Notes under the pieces: model-generated | The model's database searches: none | What the model saw: the letters and a program-made list of their open reading frames with translations, nothing else | Told to the model about the DNA's origin: nothing | Made by a program: the position numbers and the translations under genes | Shown: piece after piece, positions 20,274 through 29,549 of the stretch | Numbering within the stretch: position 1 is the stretch's first letter | Layout of the letters: every line of letters starts with the position of its first letter | Sequence record: OZ335961.1 | Source: a phage | Strand: one strand, 5' to 3' | DNA length: 64,000 nt

Positions 20274-21260
20274 TTATTTCAGAAGAGTAACCTCAGCGAT
20301 TTCTTCCCAACCGTTTTTGTCGGTCATAATAAAGTCAGCAAGATAAAGAGCAGTACGCAGTGAAACATTGCGTAAACGATTAACATTAACTTTCATCCAT
20401 GATAATGCTTTATAAGTTTCTTCATCAGAAAGACCGCGCTTTTGCATCATGTCAGTTGAAAGAATAACATCTTCAACCCTGACCATAATTTCTTCATTAG
20501 TGTGAACACCCAAATCCAAATAAACCGAGCGGGACACTAATGCTTGTAAATGTGGAGCAAGTTTAGTACCACGGTCTAATTCGCGGTCAATGTCAACGTT
20601 TGTGATAAAAACAATCGTTCCTTTAAATTCAAACTCACGCTCAATGCCTTTTTCTTCTAAGTAAGAAGACGCAGTACTCCAGCAGACTTTACGGGTCTCT
20701 CCAGTGTCCAGAGCGGCTTTTAGAAGATTAAGAATATCCATATCAGAGAAAACATCCACATCATCAATCAAAAGGACAGAATTCTCTTCACGATTATTCC
20801 AAAGCTGCTCATAAAGACCAATACCAGAGATTTTACCATTAATGCTTTTATATTCAATGTATCCAATATCATTTGCTTTATTCAAAGCTTTATCTAAAGA
20901 ATACGTTTTACCAATACCTGCAGCGCCAGAGATAATCAATGAACGAATATTTCCATTAATAATACCATTCGTCATCATTCCCATAACATTAAATCTTTTA
21001 TTAATGCGGGTTTTCATATCTTCATACGATTCTTTAACTTCTTCAACTTTTACACCATCATATGAAATATCTGATTTGTAAACCCAAACACCGCGACGTT
21101 TACCGTCAATTTCAACAAAAACTTTACCATCTCCTTGTGCATCTACCGGAGCATTATCTGGGAACCATTCGCCTAAGAGCTCAAAAGTTCCAGAGATTTC
21201 TTTACCGAAGTAGATACCCTTATTGATAGTTACAGTTTTCATTTTATTCTCCAATTTCAC
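20274..21260 (-). CDS. P-loop NTPase (AAA-like ATPase)
   Basis: 328 aa; Walker A GAAGIGKT and Walker B LLIDDVD. Confidence 0.6.
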   Translation of the reverse strand: MKLENKMKTVTINKGIYFGKEISGTFELLGEWFPDNAPVDAQGDGKVFVEIDGKRRGVWVYKSDISYDGVKVEEVKESYEDMKTRINKRFNVMGMMTNGIINGNIRSLIISGAAGIGKTYSLDKALNKANDIGYIEYKSINGKISGIGLYEQLWNNREENSVLLIDDVDVFSDMDILNLLKAALDTGETRKVCWSTASSYLEEKGIEREFEFKGTIVFITNVDIDRELDRGTKLAPHLQALVSRSVYLDLGVHTNEEIMVRVEDVILSTDMMQKRGLSDEETYKALSWMKVNVNRLRNVSLRTALYLADFIMTDKNGWEEIAEVTLLK

Positions 21261-21311
21261 ATTTGTTTTGATAGGGTAATAATATCACACTACTACCCTA
21301 CTGTAAACAAT

Positions 21312-21575
21312 TTATTTTAATGTTTGCCAAATTTTTACTGCTTCGCGACGAGATACTTCTACAGCTCCAAGTTCTACGGCTTTTTGGCGTCGGCGAGCAT
21401 GTAAGTCATAATGTTTAATGCGTTTATCTTGAAACCAAGAACGTTTCATTCCTATTGCTTCTGCCATTTTATGAAGCTCTTCAATATCTCCATCAGTGAA
21501 CATATGACAATTTTTAGTTGGATGACCGCGAAGTTTCCATCCATGATTCATTAAAACATCTACGTAAACTGTCAT
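21312..21575 (-). CDS. hypothetical conserved small protein
   Basis: 87-aa ORF; basic. Confidence 0.5.
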   Translation of the reverse strand: MTVYVDVLMNHGWKLRGHPTKNCHMFTDGDIEELHKMAEAIGMKRSWFQDKRIKHYDLHARRRQKAVELGAVEVSRREAVKIWQTLK

Positions 21576-21721
21576 TGATTCTGCTCCAAATATGTTTCTA
21601 TAATTTTCTGAGCGAGATAAACTGCGTTATCTTCAGTTGCATCTTCTAAGAAATTTTCAAAATAAGCTGAAATTTCTTCTGTGTCAATCAACTTTTTTAC
21701 TTCAATTAACGTAGTTTTCAT
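21572..21721 (-). CDS. hypothetical small acidic protein (49 aa)
   Basis: Hand-translated MKTTLIEVKKLIDTEEISAYFENFLEDATEDNAVY...; stop overlaps next start. Confidence 0.3.
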   Translation of the reverse strand: MKTTLIEVKKLIDTEEISAYFENFLEDATEDNAVYLAQKIIETYLEQNQ

Positions 21722-21744
21722 TTTATTCCCCAAATCCGTATCAG

Positions 21745-21786
21745 TTGATAGTTGTATAGTACCATAAAGCTTTATGCTTGTAAACC
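21745..21786 (-). promoter_or_regulatory. early promoter with conserved downstream element
   Basis: Same conserved element as 19826-19868. Confidence 0.5.
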
Positions 21787-21815
21787 GTTTTGTGAAAAAA
21801 TTTTGAAATAAAAAA

Positions 21816-21833
21816 GGGAGCCCGAAGGCTCCC
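21816..21833 (-). terminator. rho-independent terminator after NTase-like gene
   Basis: GGGAGCC-UUCG-GGCUCCC followed by UUUUUAUUU. Confidence 0.7.
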
Positions 21834-21835
21834 TA

Positions 21836-22849
21836 TCATTTATAATAACTTCGATGGTTTTCAAGATAAATCCTCTCAAGGAAGTCATCCCAGAAACCCA
21901 TGTCTACTTTTTGCTGCATACCGTTCTTAGAAGCTTCAATGGATGCTGCTTCTACTTGATCGACCACATCTTCCAAAAACTCTTGAACAGTTTTAAATGG
22001 ATGTTTACCCAACTTCACGTCGAGAATAAATGGAGCGTCTTGAAGTGGATAGACTAAGTCACCAGTTTTGTAAATTTCCAATAGTTGGAGTCCACCACGG
22101 CAAGCATGACTCAGAGCTTTCCAGTCAATGCCCTCATTCGCTTCAGCCTTACGAGCACGTTCGCCGTATTCAGCATCAAGTTTATTCAAAGATTGCTTAA
22201 GCTCGATAAGAGAAAGCGTTGTTTGATATTTACGACCCAACACAGTGTAGAACGTTTGTGGGCCTGTTTTCTCATGATTATGGAATACCCATTCACAGAA
22301 TTCGTTCTCTGGAAGACGATGCTTAATATCTTCTACCTTAGTTCGACGTTGCTTAATGGAACCGTCTTCTTGATAATCAACCCATTGGTCAGGGATTTGA
22401 CTAACTACTTTCAATACATCACGTAATGCGGCCAAACGAGAACCCTTGACGCCGTATTTAGAAGCTTGCTTGCGAACATATCCTAAATAGGATTTCATGT
22501 TAGTCGTATAAAAACGAGAACGATTGTCTTGAATAAACTTCCATACATCAGGCAAATCAGATTTAACCACTAACTCAGGTGGAGTGTGGAGCATATCCAA
22601 TGCTACAGTTTCACCATCTGCTGCTAATTTAAAGAAATATTTAAGACTGTATAGTTCATGGTCAATATCATCTTTAGTGTTTTTAGATGATGTGTTGTTA
22701 GTGTTTTTACTCATATGCTCTTTAACATTTCCGATAAGAATATCGCGAGCACGAGGAACAAAAATTTCTTTAAAATCTACATCAGATTCTGGAGTAGAAG
22801 TTCCATAAAGATGACTACCAAAATAGCTTTTCATTACTGTTTTCATCAT
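21836..22849 (-). CDS. minimal nucleotidyltransferase (Pol-beta superfamily) fold protein
   Basis: 337 aa; N-terminal GS-x9-SDVDF motif (FGSHLYGTSTPESDVDF) typical of Pol-beta-type NTases; followed by strong terminator. Confidence 0.55.
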   Translation of the reverse strand: MMKTVMKSYFGSHLYGTSTPESDVDFKEIFVPRARDILIGNVKEHMSKNTNNTSSKNTKDDIDHELYSLKYFFKLAADGETVALDMLHTPPELVVKSDLPDVWKFIQDNRSRFYTTNMKSYLGYVRKQASKYGVKGSRLAALRDVLKVVSQIPDQWVDYQEDGSIKQRRTKVEDIKHRLPENEFCEWVFHNHEKTGPQTFYTVLGRKYQTTLSLIELKQSLNKLDAEYGERARKAEANEGIDWKALSHACRGGLQLLEIYKTGDLVYPLQDAPFILDVKLGKHPFKTVQEFLEDVVDQVEAASIEASKNGMQQKVDMGFWDDFLERIYLENHRSYYK

Positions 22850-23307
22850 TCAGCCTTATATTCAATAACAGGACATACTTTAGCTTTACGTGCTTTTAAA
22901 AATTCGACGATAATAGATTTCTTGGGTTGAATAGGAGGTAAACCTTTATACGCCCTATCAATATTTTCTACATGTAAAGCATAATCCTTTTTCCATTTAT
23001 AATCTTTATATTTTTCATGCAGTTGTGCAGGAATAACAAATGAACCAATAATAAGTAAAACAAGCAAAATGGCAAGTGTAAATGCTGATGGAATAAGAGT
23101 CCATAAACTACCAAAAATAAGCCATTTCTGTATGATTTCTGCGCAGATAATAGTTAGACCTGTGAGTACAGTACATCCGAAAAAAGAAACGAAAAATGTA
23201 GGGATAACAATAGACCAAAAGTATGCACATAATGTCTTAGGTCGTTTCCATTCGTCGTTAAACATTTTGAATAATTTATAATGCCAAGAGTTTTCATTAA
23301 TAATCAT
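22846..23307 (-). CDS. membrane protein
   Basis: 153 aa; 3 predicted TM segments. Confidence 0.5.
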   Translation of the reverse strand: MIINENSWHYKLFKMFNDEWKRPKTLCAYFWSIVIPTFFVSFFGCTVLTGLTIICAEIIQKWLIFGSLWTLIPSAFTLAILLVLLIIGSFVIPAQLHEKYKDYKWKKDYALHVENIDRAYKGLPPIQPKKSIIVEFLKARKAKVCPVIEYKAE

Positions 23308-23309
23308 AA

Positions 23310-23831
23310 TTATCCTTTCATTGAAGGTGTAACAGTTGTTAAATACTTAATCATAGCTTCAGCTTCTGATTTTGATAATGAAATTTCTCCATTGTTTTGA
23401 CGAATAGAAATAAAATCCGGATGATGGTCACCACCAGCTTTTAAAATACACATATAAGTATCAGTTTCATCTTCAATATCTGAAATGATTGAAGCAGTTC
23501 CACATGAATGTGGTTTTTGATAAATCAATACAGCTTTTCTTCCACCGTTTGACTGTTCATAAACTTTTAACACATCAAACAAATCACTTCTTTTATCAAT
23601 AGCTAAGATGTTGTTTTCATCTTCAATGTTAAATCCTTCGGATACTTCATAAAGTGTCACCCATAAATCGCCAATATCAATAACAGCGTTCACTTTTCCA
23701 TGACTTTCAAGAGCATTACAAATTTTCTTGATTTCATCATAACTCATTTTAATAATATCATCTCCTTGAATAAGAAAGATGTCATTTTTAAATTCAACAC
23801 GAATTAAACCGCTTTCACTTGAAATAAACAT
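23310..23831 (-). CDS. hypothetical protein (paralog pair member)
   Basis: 173 aa; shares GFNIE-D/S-E and C-terminal KxYLxxVxPxM motifs with adjacent ORF. Confidence 0.5.
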   Translation of the reverse strand: MFISSESGLIRVEFKNDIFLIQGDDIIKMSYDEIKKICNALESHGKVNAVIDIGDLWVTLYEVSEGFNIEDENNILAIDKRSDLFDVLKVYEQSNGGRKAVLIYQKPHSCGTASIISDIEDETDTYMCILKAGGDHHPDFISIRQNNGEISLSKSEAEAMIKYLTTVTPSMKG

Positions 23832-23837
23832 ATTTCC

Positions 23838-24392
23838 TCACTTTGAAATCATAGTTGGAATGACAGAATCAAGATAAGTCTTTAGTAAAACAGCTTCTTC
23901 TTTGTTTAATACAACAACATTAACATCATTTACCGATTGACGAATAGTTAAGACATCTCCTTCTTCGTAACACTTTGATACATTTAAAACAGTTTCATAA
24001 TTTTGATTACAAGCGTTAGTAATAATAGCATTGCAATTTTTAAACCATTTTAAACTATGTTTTCTTTCATTAGAATAATAAAAATATTTAATCTTAGCTA
24101 TAAAATTATCCCAATTATTAATTGATAAGCATATTGACTCGCTTTCAATATTAAATCCTGGGCATAAAGAATAAAAATGAATTTTATGCTCATCATTGAT
24201 GCTTACAATTTTATCAGTATAAGGTTTTTCAATTTGGGTTAAATGAATGATTTCGCTAGGAGTAAAATATAGCATATCGTCTTCTTGTGTGAAACGATAC
24301 ATATTATTTACTTTTTCTATAGCCAATTCACCAAAAAGTGAACTAACTTCTAATACTAATCGTTTCATATTGATTCTCTTCGACTCACTCAC
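23838..24392 (-). CDS. hypothetical protein (paralog pair member)
   Basis: 184 aa; see above; track start is GTG-like, true ATG may be a few codons in. Confidence 0.5.
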   Translation of the reverse strand: MSESKRINMKRLVLEVSSLFGELAIEKVNNMYRFTQEDDMLYFTPSEIIHLTQIEKPYTDKIVSINDEHKIHFYSLCPGFNIESESICLSINNWDNFIAKIKYFYYSNERKHSLKWFKNCNAIITNACNQNYETVLNVSKCYEEGDVLTIRQSVNDVNVVVLNKEEAVLLKTYLDSVIPTMISK

Positions 24393-24722
24393 AATTACAT
24401 ACTCCTTTGAATAATATCAATAATGTTGTTCACCAGATTATAAGTAAACATTGGGTAATTATATTGAATCATCACATACACAACAAACAAAACTTTCATT
24501 CTCTTCTCCTTGGCAGTTGACAAGATTACTATACCATAACCTTGCCAACTTGTAAACCGTTAAATGACGTTTTCAATAAAATTCTGAAGCTTTGTGTGAG
24601 CATCAACCATGATTTTCATTTCTTCCTTTGCGAAAGCTGTACCTCTTTCTCGAGCAGAATACTCATAGTCAGAAACTGCATTAGCATATTCTTCAATTAG
24701 CTTCATTAAAAACATCTGCTTT

Positions 24723-24917
24723 TCAGTTTTCATTATTCCACCTAATCATTTCAAGATATTGAACTAACTTAGCTTTGGATTTATCCAAATCTCTTTTAGC
24801 TGCTTCTATACCGTCGTATGAATATCCTTCACAATGCTCAACTGCCAATTGGTATGAATCTATTTCAATATCACGTGCTAATTTGATGATTTTTTCAAAC
24901 TGTTCGCGTGTTAGCAT
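24723..24917 (-). CDS. hypothetical protein
   Basis: 64-aa ORF. Confidence 0.4.
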   Translation of the reverse strand: MLTREQFEKIIKLARDIEIDSYQLAVEHCEGYSYDGIEAAKRDLDKSKAKLVQYLEMIRWNNEN

Positions 24918-24919
24918 AC

Positions 24920-25138
24920 TTAAACTCTCGTATTATGATTGATAATTTCATCAAGAAACATGTCTAAAGCTTCTACAGCATTATCAACTTTAGCTTCAAG
25001 TTCTTCAATACCTGACGAAGCAAAGTTAATGCGTTCCTCATCTGCTTTGCGAATTAAAGCTACCAATTCTTTAAATTTATCTGCTTGTTCAATGCTAATC
25101 ATTATTCCACCACGTATGAAAGAGAGAATATTGCACAC
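24920..25138 (-). CDS. hypothetical protein
   Basis: 72-aa ORF. Confidence 0.4.
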   Translation of the reverse strand: MCNILSFIRGGIMISIEQADKFKELVALIRKADEERINFASSGIEELEAKVDNAVEALDMFLDEIINHNTRV

Positions 25139-25287
25139 GCCATATGAGTTGCAGCTTCATCACACATATCATAACGTTTCTTAAGAAGTTCTACAAGTTC
25201 TTCACTAGTAACTTCATCCATGTCGACGAAAAAATCACCATTAATGATGACGTAGATATTTCCTTCTTGATTGAGTGCTTCAATTTT
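25102..25287 (-). CDS. hypothetical acidic protein (likely start MKIEALNQ)
   Basis: Track ORF 25102..25335; AGGAGA RBS precedes internal Met. Confidence 0.4.
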   Translation of the reverse strand, partial: KIEALNQEGNIYVIINGDFFVDMDEVTSEELVELLKKRYDMCDEAATHMACAIFSLSYVVE

Positions 25288-25364
25288 CATGATGTTCTCC
25301 TCTTTATCCGATAGTTGTATAGTATCACAGCTCAAATGGAAAGTAAACCGGTAAAATGAAAAAA

Positions 25365-25380
25365 GTCTCCCGAAGGAGAC
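25365..25380 (-). terminator. rho-independent terminator after rI.-1
   Basis: GUCUCC-UUCG-GGAGAC followed by UUUUUUCAUUUU. Confidence 0.7.
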
Positions 25381-25385
25381 TAATG

Positions 25386-25772
25386 TTATTCGAGGGAAAG
25401 AAGATATTTGCTCTGGTAAAACATCCCAGTAATATCATCTATCGTGCTTTGAATGGCTGGAGGCATTTCTTTATAAATGCTGTTAGATTGGTCTAGTATG
25501 TGATCAATCATTTTAATTGTGTCGGTAGGAAGTTTACTAGCATCTGGAATTGAAGGTGTGTATTTTCTACCAGAATACCCCAAATATTGCTCACCAAATT
25601 TATCAATCAAATCTGGCAACTCAGAGAAAATAAAATCGTATGCTTTGTGTCTAGCATAACTTTTAGTTTCAAAATGAGCAGAATGAAAATAAGCTTGTGC
25701 AGCCATTAATAAACCTAAGTATTCATCTGCCTTTGAAGGTTTTCCACTCTGTGAAAAGTCGCTGAATTTCAT
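25386..25772 (-). CDS. hypothetical protein (rI.-1 position)
   Basis: 128-aa ORF directly downstream of rI. Confidence 0.55.
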   Translation of the reverse strand: MKFSDFSQSGKPSKADEYLGLLMAAQAYFHSAHFETKSYARHKAYDFIFSELPDLIDKFGEQYLGYSGRKYTPSIPDASKLPTDTIKMIDHILDQSNSIYKEMPPAIQSTIDDITGMFYQSKYLLSLE

Positions 25773-26062
25773 TCAGTCTCCAATTTAATGTTCATAATTC
25801 TAGCGTATGATTGTGCCATCTCCGCGCCTCGCTCTATACATTCAAAATCGGAAGAGCACGGGTCATTTTTATAAGTCGTTCGCATAAAACTATAGAACTG
25901 TTCAGATGATTCTACGCTTTTATTTTCAAAAAGCATATAAACGTGTCTAATACCAGATTCCATAAATTTATCAAAATGAGGATCGACATTCGCTTCAATC
26001 GGTGGAGATAAAGCAAACGCTAATCCTAGCATGGCAAATAGTGCCGTTGCTTTTAAGGCCAT
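25769..26062 (-). CDS. rI: lysis inhibition regulator rI (secreted/membrane-anchored)
   Basis: 97 aa; N-terminal signal-anchor MALKATALFAMLGLAFALS; matches T4 rI as recalled. Confidence 0.85.
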   Translation of the reverse strand: MALKATALFAMLGLAFALSPPIEANVDPHFDKFMESGIRHVYMLFENKSVESSEQFYSFMRTTYKNDPCSSDFECIERGAEMAQSYARIMNIKLETE

Positions 26063-26074
26063 AAAGGCCTCCTA

Positions 26075-26287
26075 TCATTTTTGTCCTGTATTTACTTTAT
26101 GCCGGTGCACGGCCTTAACTTTATCAAGGTATTTTTCAAAATTTCGCAATCTAGTATAGTCTGCTGGAGATTGGTTGAGTGATACTTCTCGACGCAAAGC
26201 TGAAATGATATTTCCAACTTCCCTACGAATTTCATCTAATTGAAGAACAGTAAGATTGCGAAGTTGCTTTTCAGTTAATTGTAGCAT
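26075..26287 (-). CDS. hypothetical protein
   Basis: 70-aa ORF. Confidence 0.45.
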
Positions 26288-26329
26288 ATATACCCCTTTA
26301 GTTAGATAAACCTATTTATAACTTTTGCA

Positions 26330-26911
26330 CTAACCGAGCTTTTTAGTTAATTCATTCCAATGTTTTCTGCACAAAGAAACATAAATTTCATCACCAATAC
26401 AGATTTGATTACCTTCTTTAACTGGTGTTCCATCTTCCATTAATCGAGCTGTCATAATAGCTTTTTTACCACAATGACAAACTGCTTTTAGTTCAATAAG
26501 TTTATCTGCAATCGCCAAAAGTTCTTTAGAACCTTCAAATAATTTTCCAGCGAAATCAGTCCTTAGACCATAAGCCATAACAGGAACATTATATGTATCA
26601 ACAATTCTGCTTAATTGATGTACCTGTTCAGTTTTTAAAAACTGGGCTTCATCTACAAATACACAATGAATATCTTTTTGTGCTTCAGCCCATTTATAGA
26701 ACTCAAAAATATCCATATCATCCGTAATAATATTCGCTTCCTGTTTAATTCCAATGCGAGAAACGACTTCACAGACAGAATCGCGAGTATCAATAGCAGG
26801 CTTAAGAACTAATACACCCATTCCACGTTCTTTATAATTATGCGCAGCAGTCAAAAGAGAAGCAGATTTTCCAGCATTCATTGCTGCATAAGTAAAAATT
26901 AAACTCGCCAT
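26330..26911 (-). CDS. tk: thymidine kinase
   Basis: 193 aa; P-loop NAGKS near N-terminus, C-terminal zinc-binding cysteines; matches T4 Tk. Confidence 0.9.
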   Translation of the reverse strand: MASLIFTYAAMNAGKSASLLTAAHNYKERGMGVLVLKPAIDTRDSVCEVVSRIGIKQEANIITDDMDIFEFYKWAEAQKDIHCVFVDEAQFLKTEQVHQLSRIVDTYNVPVMAYGLRTDFAGKLFEGSKELLAIADKLIELKAVCHCGKKAIMTARLMEDGTPVKEGNQICIGDEIYVSLCRKHWNELTKKLG

Positions 26912-26920
26912 ATCACCTTC

Positions 26921-27106
26921 TTAAAGCGTATTCACATAAGCTATTAATTCGTTTTCTTTCTTATCAAACCGATCAGCAAATTCTTCTTGCTGTTCGGGAG
27001 ATAGCGGGCCATATTCATCATAAAAGGTGTTTGCTTCTGTATGCTCATCTAGAAGTTCATGGATAAGCTCAAACAATTTATCTTTTTGTTCTTTACTCAG
27101 ACTCAT
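26921..27106 (-). CDS. hypothetical acidic protein
   Basis: 61-aa ORF. Confidence 0.4.
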   Translation of the reverse strand: MSLSKEQKDKLFELIHELLDEHTEANTFYDEYGPLSPEQQEEFADRFDKKENELIAYVNTL

Positions 27107-27272
27107 ATATTAATTTCCAGGAGTTTTAAAATAATTCGCTTTTGCTTAAATATTTCCACAGTTAAATGATCAGTATCTTTTTGGTCAATTCCAGTTGCAA
27201 AACCTTTATTAACAGCGAGTTCAATTAAATTATCAAGTTCACGTAACACTTCATATTGTAGCTCAGAACTAT

Positions 27273-27500
27273 TCATTTCGGTTTACCTTCTTTAACGAAA
27301 TCAGGATAAGGATAAAATCCTGAATAAAATCCTTCACCTTTATGATTGATGCATCCTTTATTAGAACAATAGCACCAATAATCGAAATCACAAGTCATTT
27401 CATCATTACATAAAGCAAAAACAACTGGCCATTTACACTTTTCGCAGTGGGCATTTTTAAGAATACTAGTTTGGCTCATAACCATGTAACCTTTAAGCAA
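27273..27500 (-). CDS. hypothetical cysteine-rich protein
   Basis: 75 aa with 8 Cys (CEKCK...CNDEMTCDFDYWCYCSNKGC). Confidence 0.45.
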   Translation of the reverse strand: MLKGYMVMSQTSILKNAHCEKCKWPVVFALCNDEMTCDFDYWCYCSNKGCINHKGEGFYSGFYPYPDFVKEGKPK

Positions 27501-27688
27501 TATTCTTCTACATGTTGTTTACGACCTTTCTTATCAATAAAGGTATATTCAACGAATGTTCCAATATAGTCTTTATCTACATTATGTGGACTATTAATTG
27601 GGCATTTAGTACGGCAAATGCGTTCCCATTGACGAATAACTTCTGCTTTGTTTTTAGGATCAAACGGATGCGGGTAATGTACTTTCAT
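27476..27688 (-). CDS. hypothetical protein
   Basis: 70-aa ORF. Confidence 0.45.
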   Translation of the reverse strand: MKVHYPHPFDPKNKAEVIRQWERICRTKCPINSPHNVDKDYIGTFVEYTFIDKKGRKQHVEEYCLKVTWL

Positions 27689-28139
27689 AATCCACCACTA
27701 TTAAATCAATATCAGGAGTAAACATGTCGATTAATTTAGAAACCTTATCCCAATCACCGCCAGCAATACCACAACCTATGCGTGGAATATAAATTACTGG
27801 TTTAAACAAAAGGGTTTCTGCCTGTTGATTTAATTCTATCATACAGTTTACTAAAGCACCATAATCAAGATTAGGACCCGGTTCGTATTGCGTATACAGG
27901 TTATAGCATATACCAAATCCCGTAGGATTATGTTTAAAAACAATAGACATATCGCCTAATTTATCACGAGAACCGTACTCGGTAGTGGTTTTATCTATTT
28001 CTAAAATTTTGGGATAGGCTCTTGCTAATTGACCTGCTACACCAGAGCCCATTGTGTGGAAGCAATTGCACCCGTGCGCAATAATATTACCTTGAAGAAA
28101 TAGGGCGACAATATCGCCCTTGATATATTTTACAATCAT
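27660..28139 (-). CDS. macro-domain (ADP-ribose binding/processing) protein
   Basis: 159 aa; GDI...AHGCNC...MGSGVAGQLA and IGCGIAGGDW motifs resemble macro-domain Gly-rich loops. Confidence 0.55.
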   Translation of the reverse strand: MIVKYIKGDIVALFLQGNIIAHGCNCFHTMGSGVAGQLARAYPKILEIDKTTTEYGSRDKLGDMSIVFKHNPTGFGICYNLYTQYEPGPNLDYGALVNCMIELNQQAETLLFKPVIYIPRIGCGIAGGDWDKVSKLIDMFTPDIDLIVVDYESTLPASV

Positions 28140-28483
28140 CTAGTACTCAATCCTCGATTATAAGAATCTACTAAACGGTCAACCATTGAATGACAAGCGG
28201 CTTTATCTTTCTCCTCCGCAACTGAACATTCTAAAGTATTCCACTTTTTAGCATATCGTTTTAACAATGTATCATTTTTATATCTGCTTGATTTATCTCT
28301 TTCTCCATCTTTATATGCATATATTAATTTCTGCGCAAATTCAGCTTGGCATGCTTTATTTTTTCCGCAATAATCCGCGGCAGTACGGTTTACATACTCT
28401 CTAATTTCAGTATATGATGTATCTGCTGATGCAGAAGCAGAAAATGAAATTAATCCTATACATAAAACCAAAATTTTAGTCAT
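28136..28483 (-). CDS. secreted small protein (vs position)
   Basis: 115 aa with cleavable-looking signal peptide MTKILVLCIGLISFSASASA. Confidence 0.5.
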   Translation of the reverse strand: MTKILVLCIGLISFSASASADTSYTEIREYVNRTAADYCGKNKACQAEFAQKLIYAYKDGERDKSSRYKNDTLLKRYAKKWNTLECSVAEEKDKAACHSMVDRLVDSYNRGLSTR

Positions 28484-29021
28484 TTACTATTTCCAAAAGT
28501 TTATTATTTTTAAGGTAGTTAGCCTTTTCTAGGACTTCAGAAGCATATTTAGAACCTGCTTTAACATTCCATCCCGAATTATAAGAGGATATTGCTTTTC
28601 TTATATCGCCCTTATGTATATTTAACCAATAAGAAAGTTCAATGTACGCCCAGGAAGCTGAATTGGACCGTTTATTCAACATTCTTTTTATTTCAGCATC
28701 GGTCATATTATAACCAAGTTCCTTAACTCTTGCTCGCATGGTTGGCAAATAATTTTGGAACATTCCGTAGGCATGATGCTTTGGTTTAGATTTTAAATTA
28801 ACTCCGGCAGAGCTTTCTTGCCATAAAATAGCAGCCATTATATGACCTAATCCGCTTTTGTGGATATTTTTGTGTGTTTTATATTTTCCATCCTTAGAAA
28901 ATTGTTCCCCGAATTGATATGCGTAACGCATGTTATCGAGTTGGACATTACTGAAAGTATGCTCGGAGCTATGCGCCATCATTGAAATGGCCAATAGACC
29001 AGCGAGTAGTGCTTTTCTCAT
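28476..29021 (-). CDS. secreted lytic transglycosylase-like protein (vs.1 position)
   Basis: 181 aa; signal peptide; SLT-domain-like motifs QES, GMFQ, YNSG. Confidence 0.55.
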   Translation of the reverse strand: MRKALLAGLLAISMMAHSSEHTFSNVQLDNMRYAYQFGEQFSKDGKYKTHKNIHKSGLGHIMAAILWQESSAGVNLKSKPKHHAYGMFQNYLPTMRARVKELGYNMTDAEIKRMLNKRSNSASWAYIELSYWLNIHKGDIRKAISSYNSGWNVKAGSKYASEVLEKANYLKNNKLLEIVND

Positions 29022-29028
29022 GCTTACC

Positions 29029-29490
29029 TCATTGAGTTTTAATTACTGCTTTAGAAGCCTTTCCTGGTAAACGACGACTGTTGATAATTGCCATCCTGCA
29101 CTGAAGTGACGGGTCTTTGAACTTCGCATTAGGTTTACAAACTGTAAATCCAAGCCAAAGATTTCCATCTGTGATTTCTAAACGTCCAGGACGATATTCG
29201 ACCCCATCAATAAAATCCTCGTCAATGTCAGGACGCGGAGGCATACTCAAGAATTCATTAACTTCTAAAACATGGTCTTTTATTTTGTGGAATAATTCAA
29301 AAACATATGTCTCATCAATCTCCCGCTGAATTGCACGATCAAGAAGATGCTGAGAATATTTTAGATGAAACGATGAGACTCCTGCTGCTTTTGATGCCTC
29401 ACGAATCTCATTGTTAATTTGACGAAACTCCGACTCAAAGTGACGACGGAGCTTATTTCGACGGATAAAAACTTCTGTGTTGATAGTCAT
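29029..29490 (-). CDS. regB: RegB sequence-specific endoribonuclease
   Basis: 153 aa; matches T4 RegB as recalled; early promoter immediately upstream. Confidence 0.85.
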   Translation of the reverse strand: MTINTEVFIRRNKLRRHFESEFRQINNEIREASKAAGVSSFHLKYSQHLLDRAIQREIDETYVFELFHKIKDHVLEVNEFLSMPPRPDIDEDFIDGVEYRPGRLEITDGNLWLGFTVCKPNAKFKDPSLQCRMAIINSRRLPGKASKAVIKTQ

Positions 29491-29504
29491 GTTATTCTCC
29501 TCTT

Positions 29505-29546
29505 AACTGATAGAAAAATTATACCACAGTCAAGAGGAAAAGTAAA
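29505..29546 (-). promoter_or_regulatory. early promoter upstream of regB
   Basis: GTTTAC - 18 nt - TATAAT on minus strand. Confidence 0.55.
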
Positions 29547-29549
29547 CAG

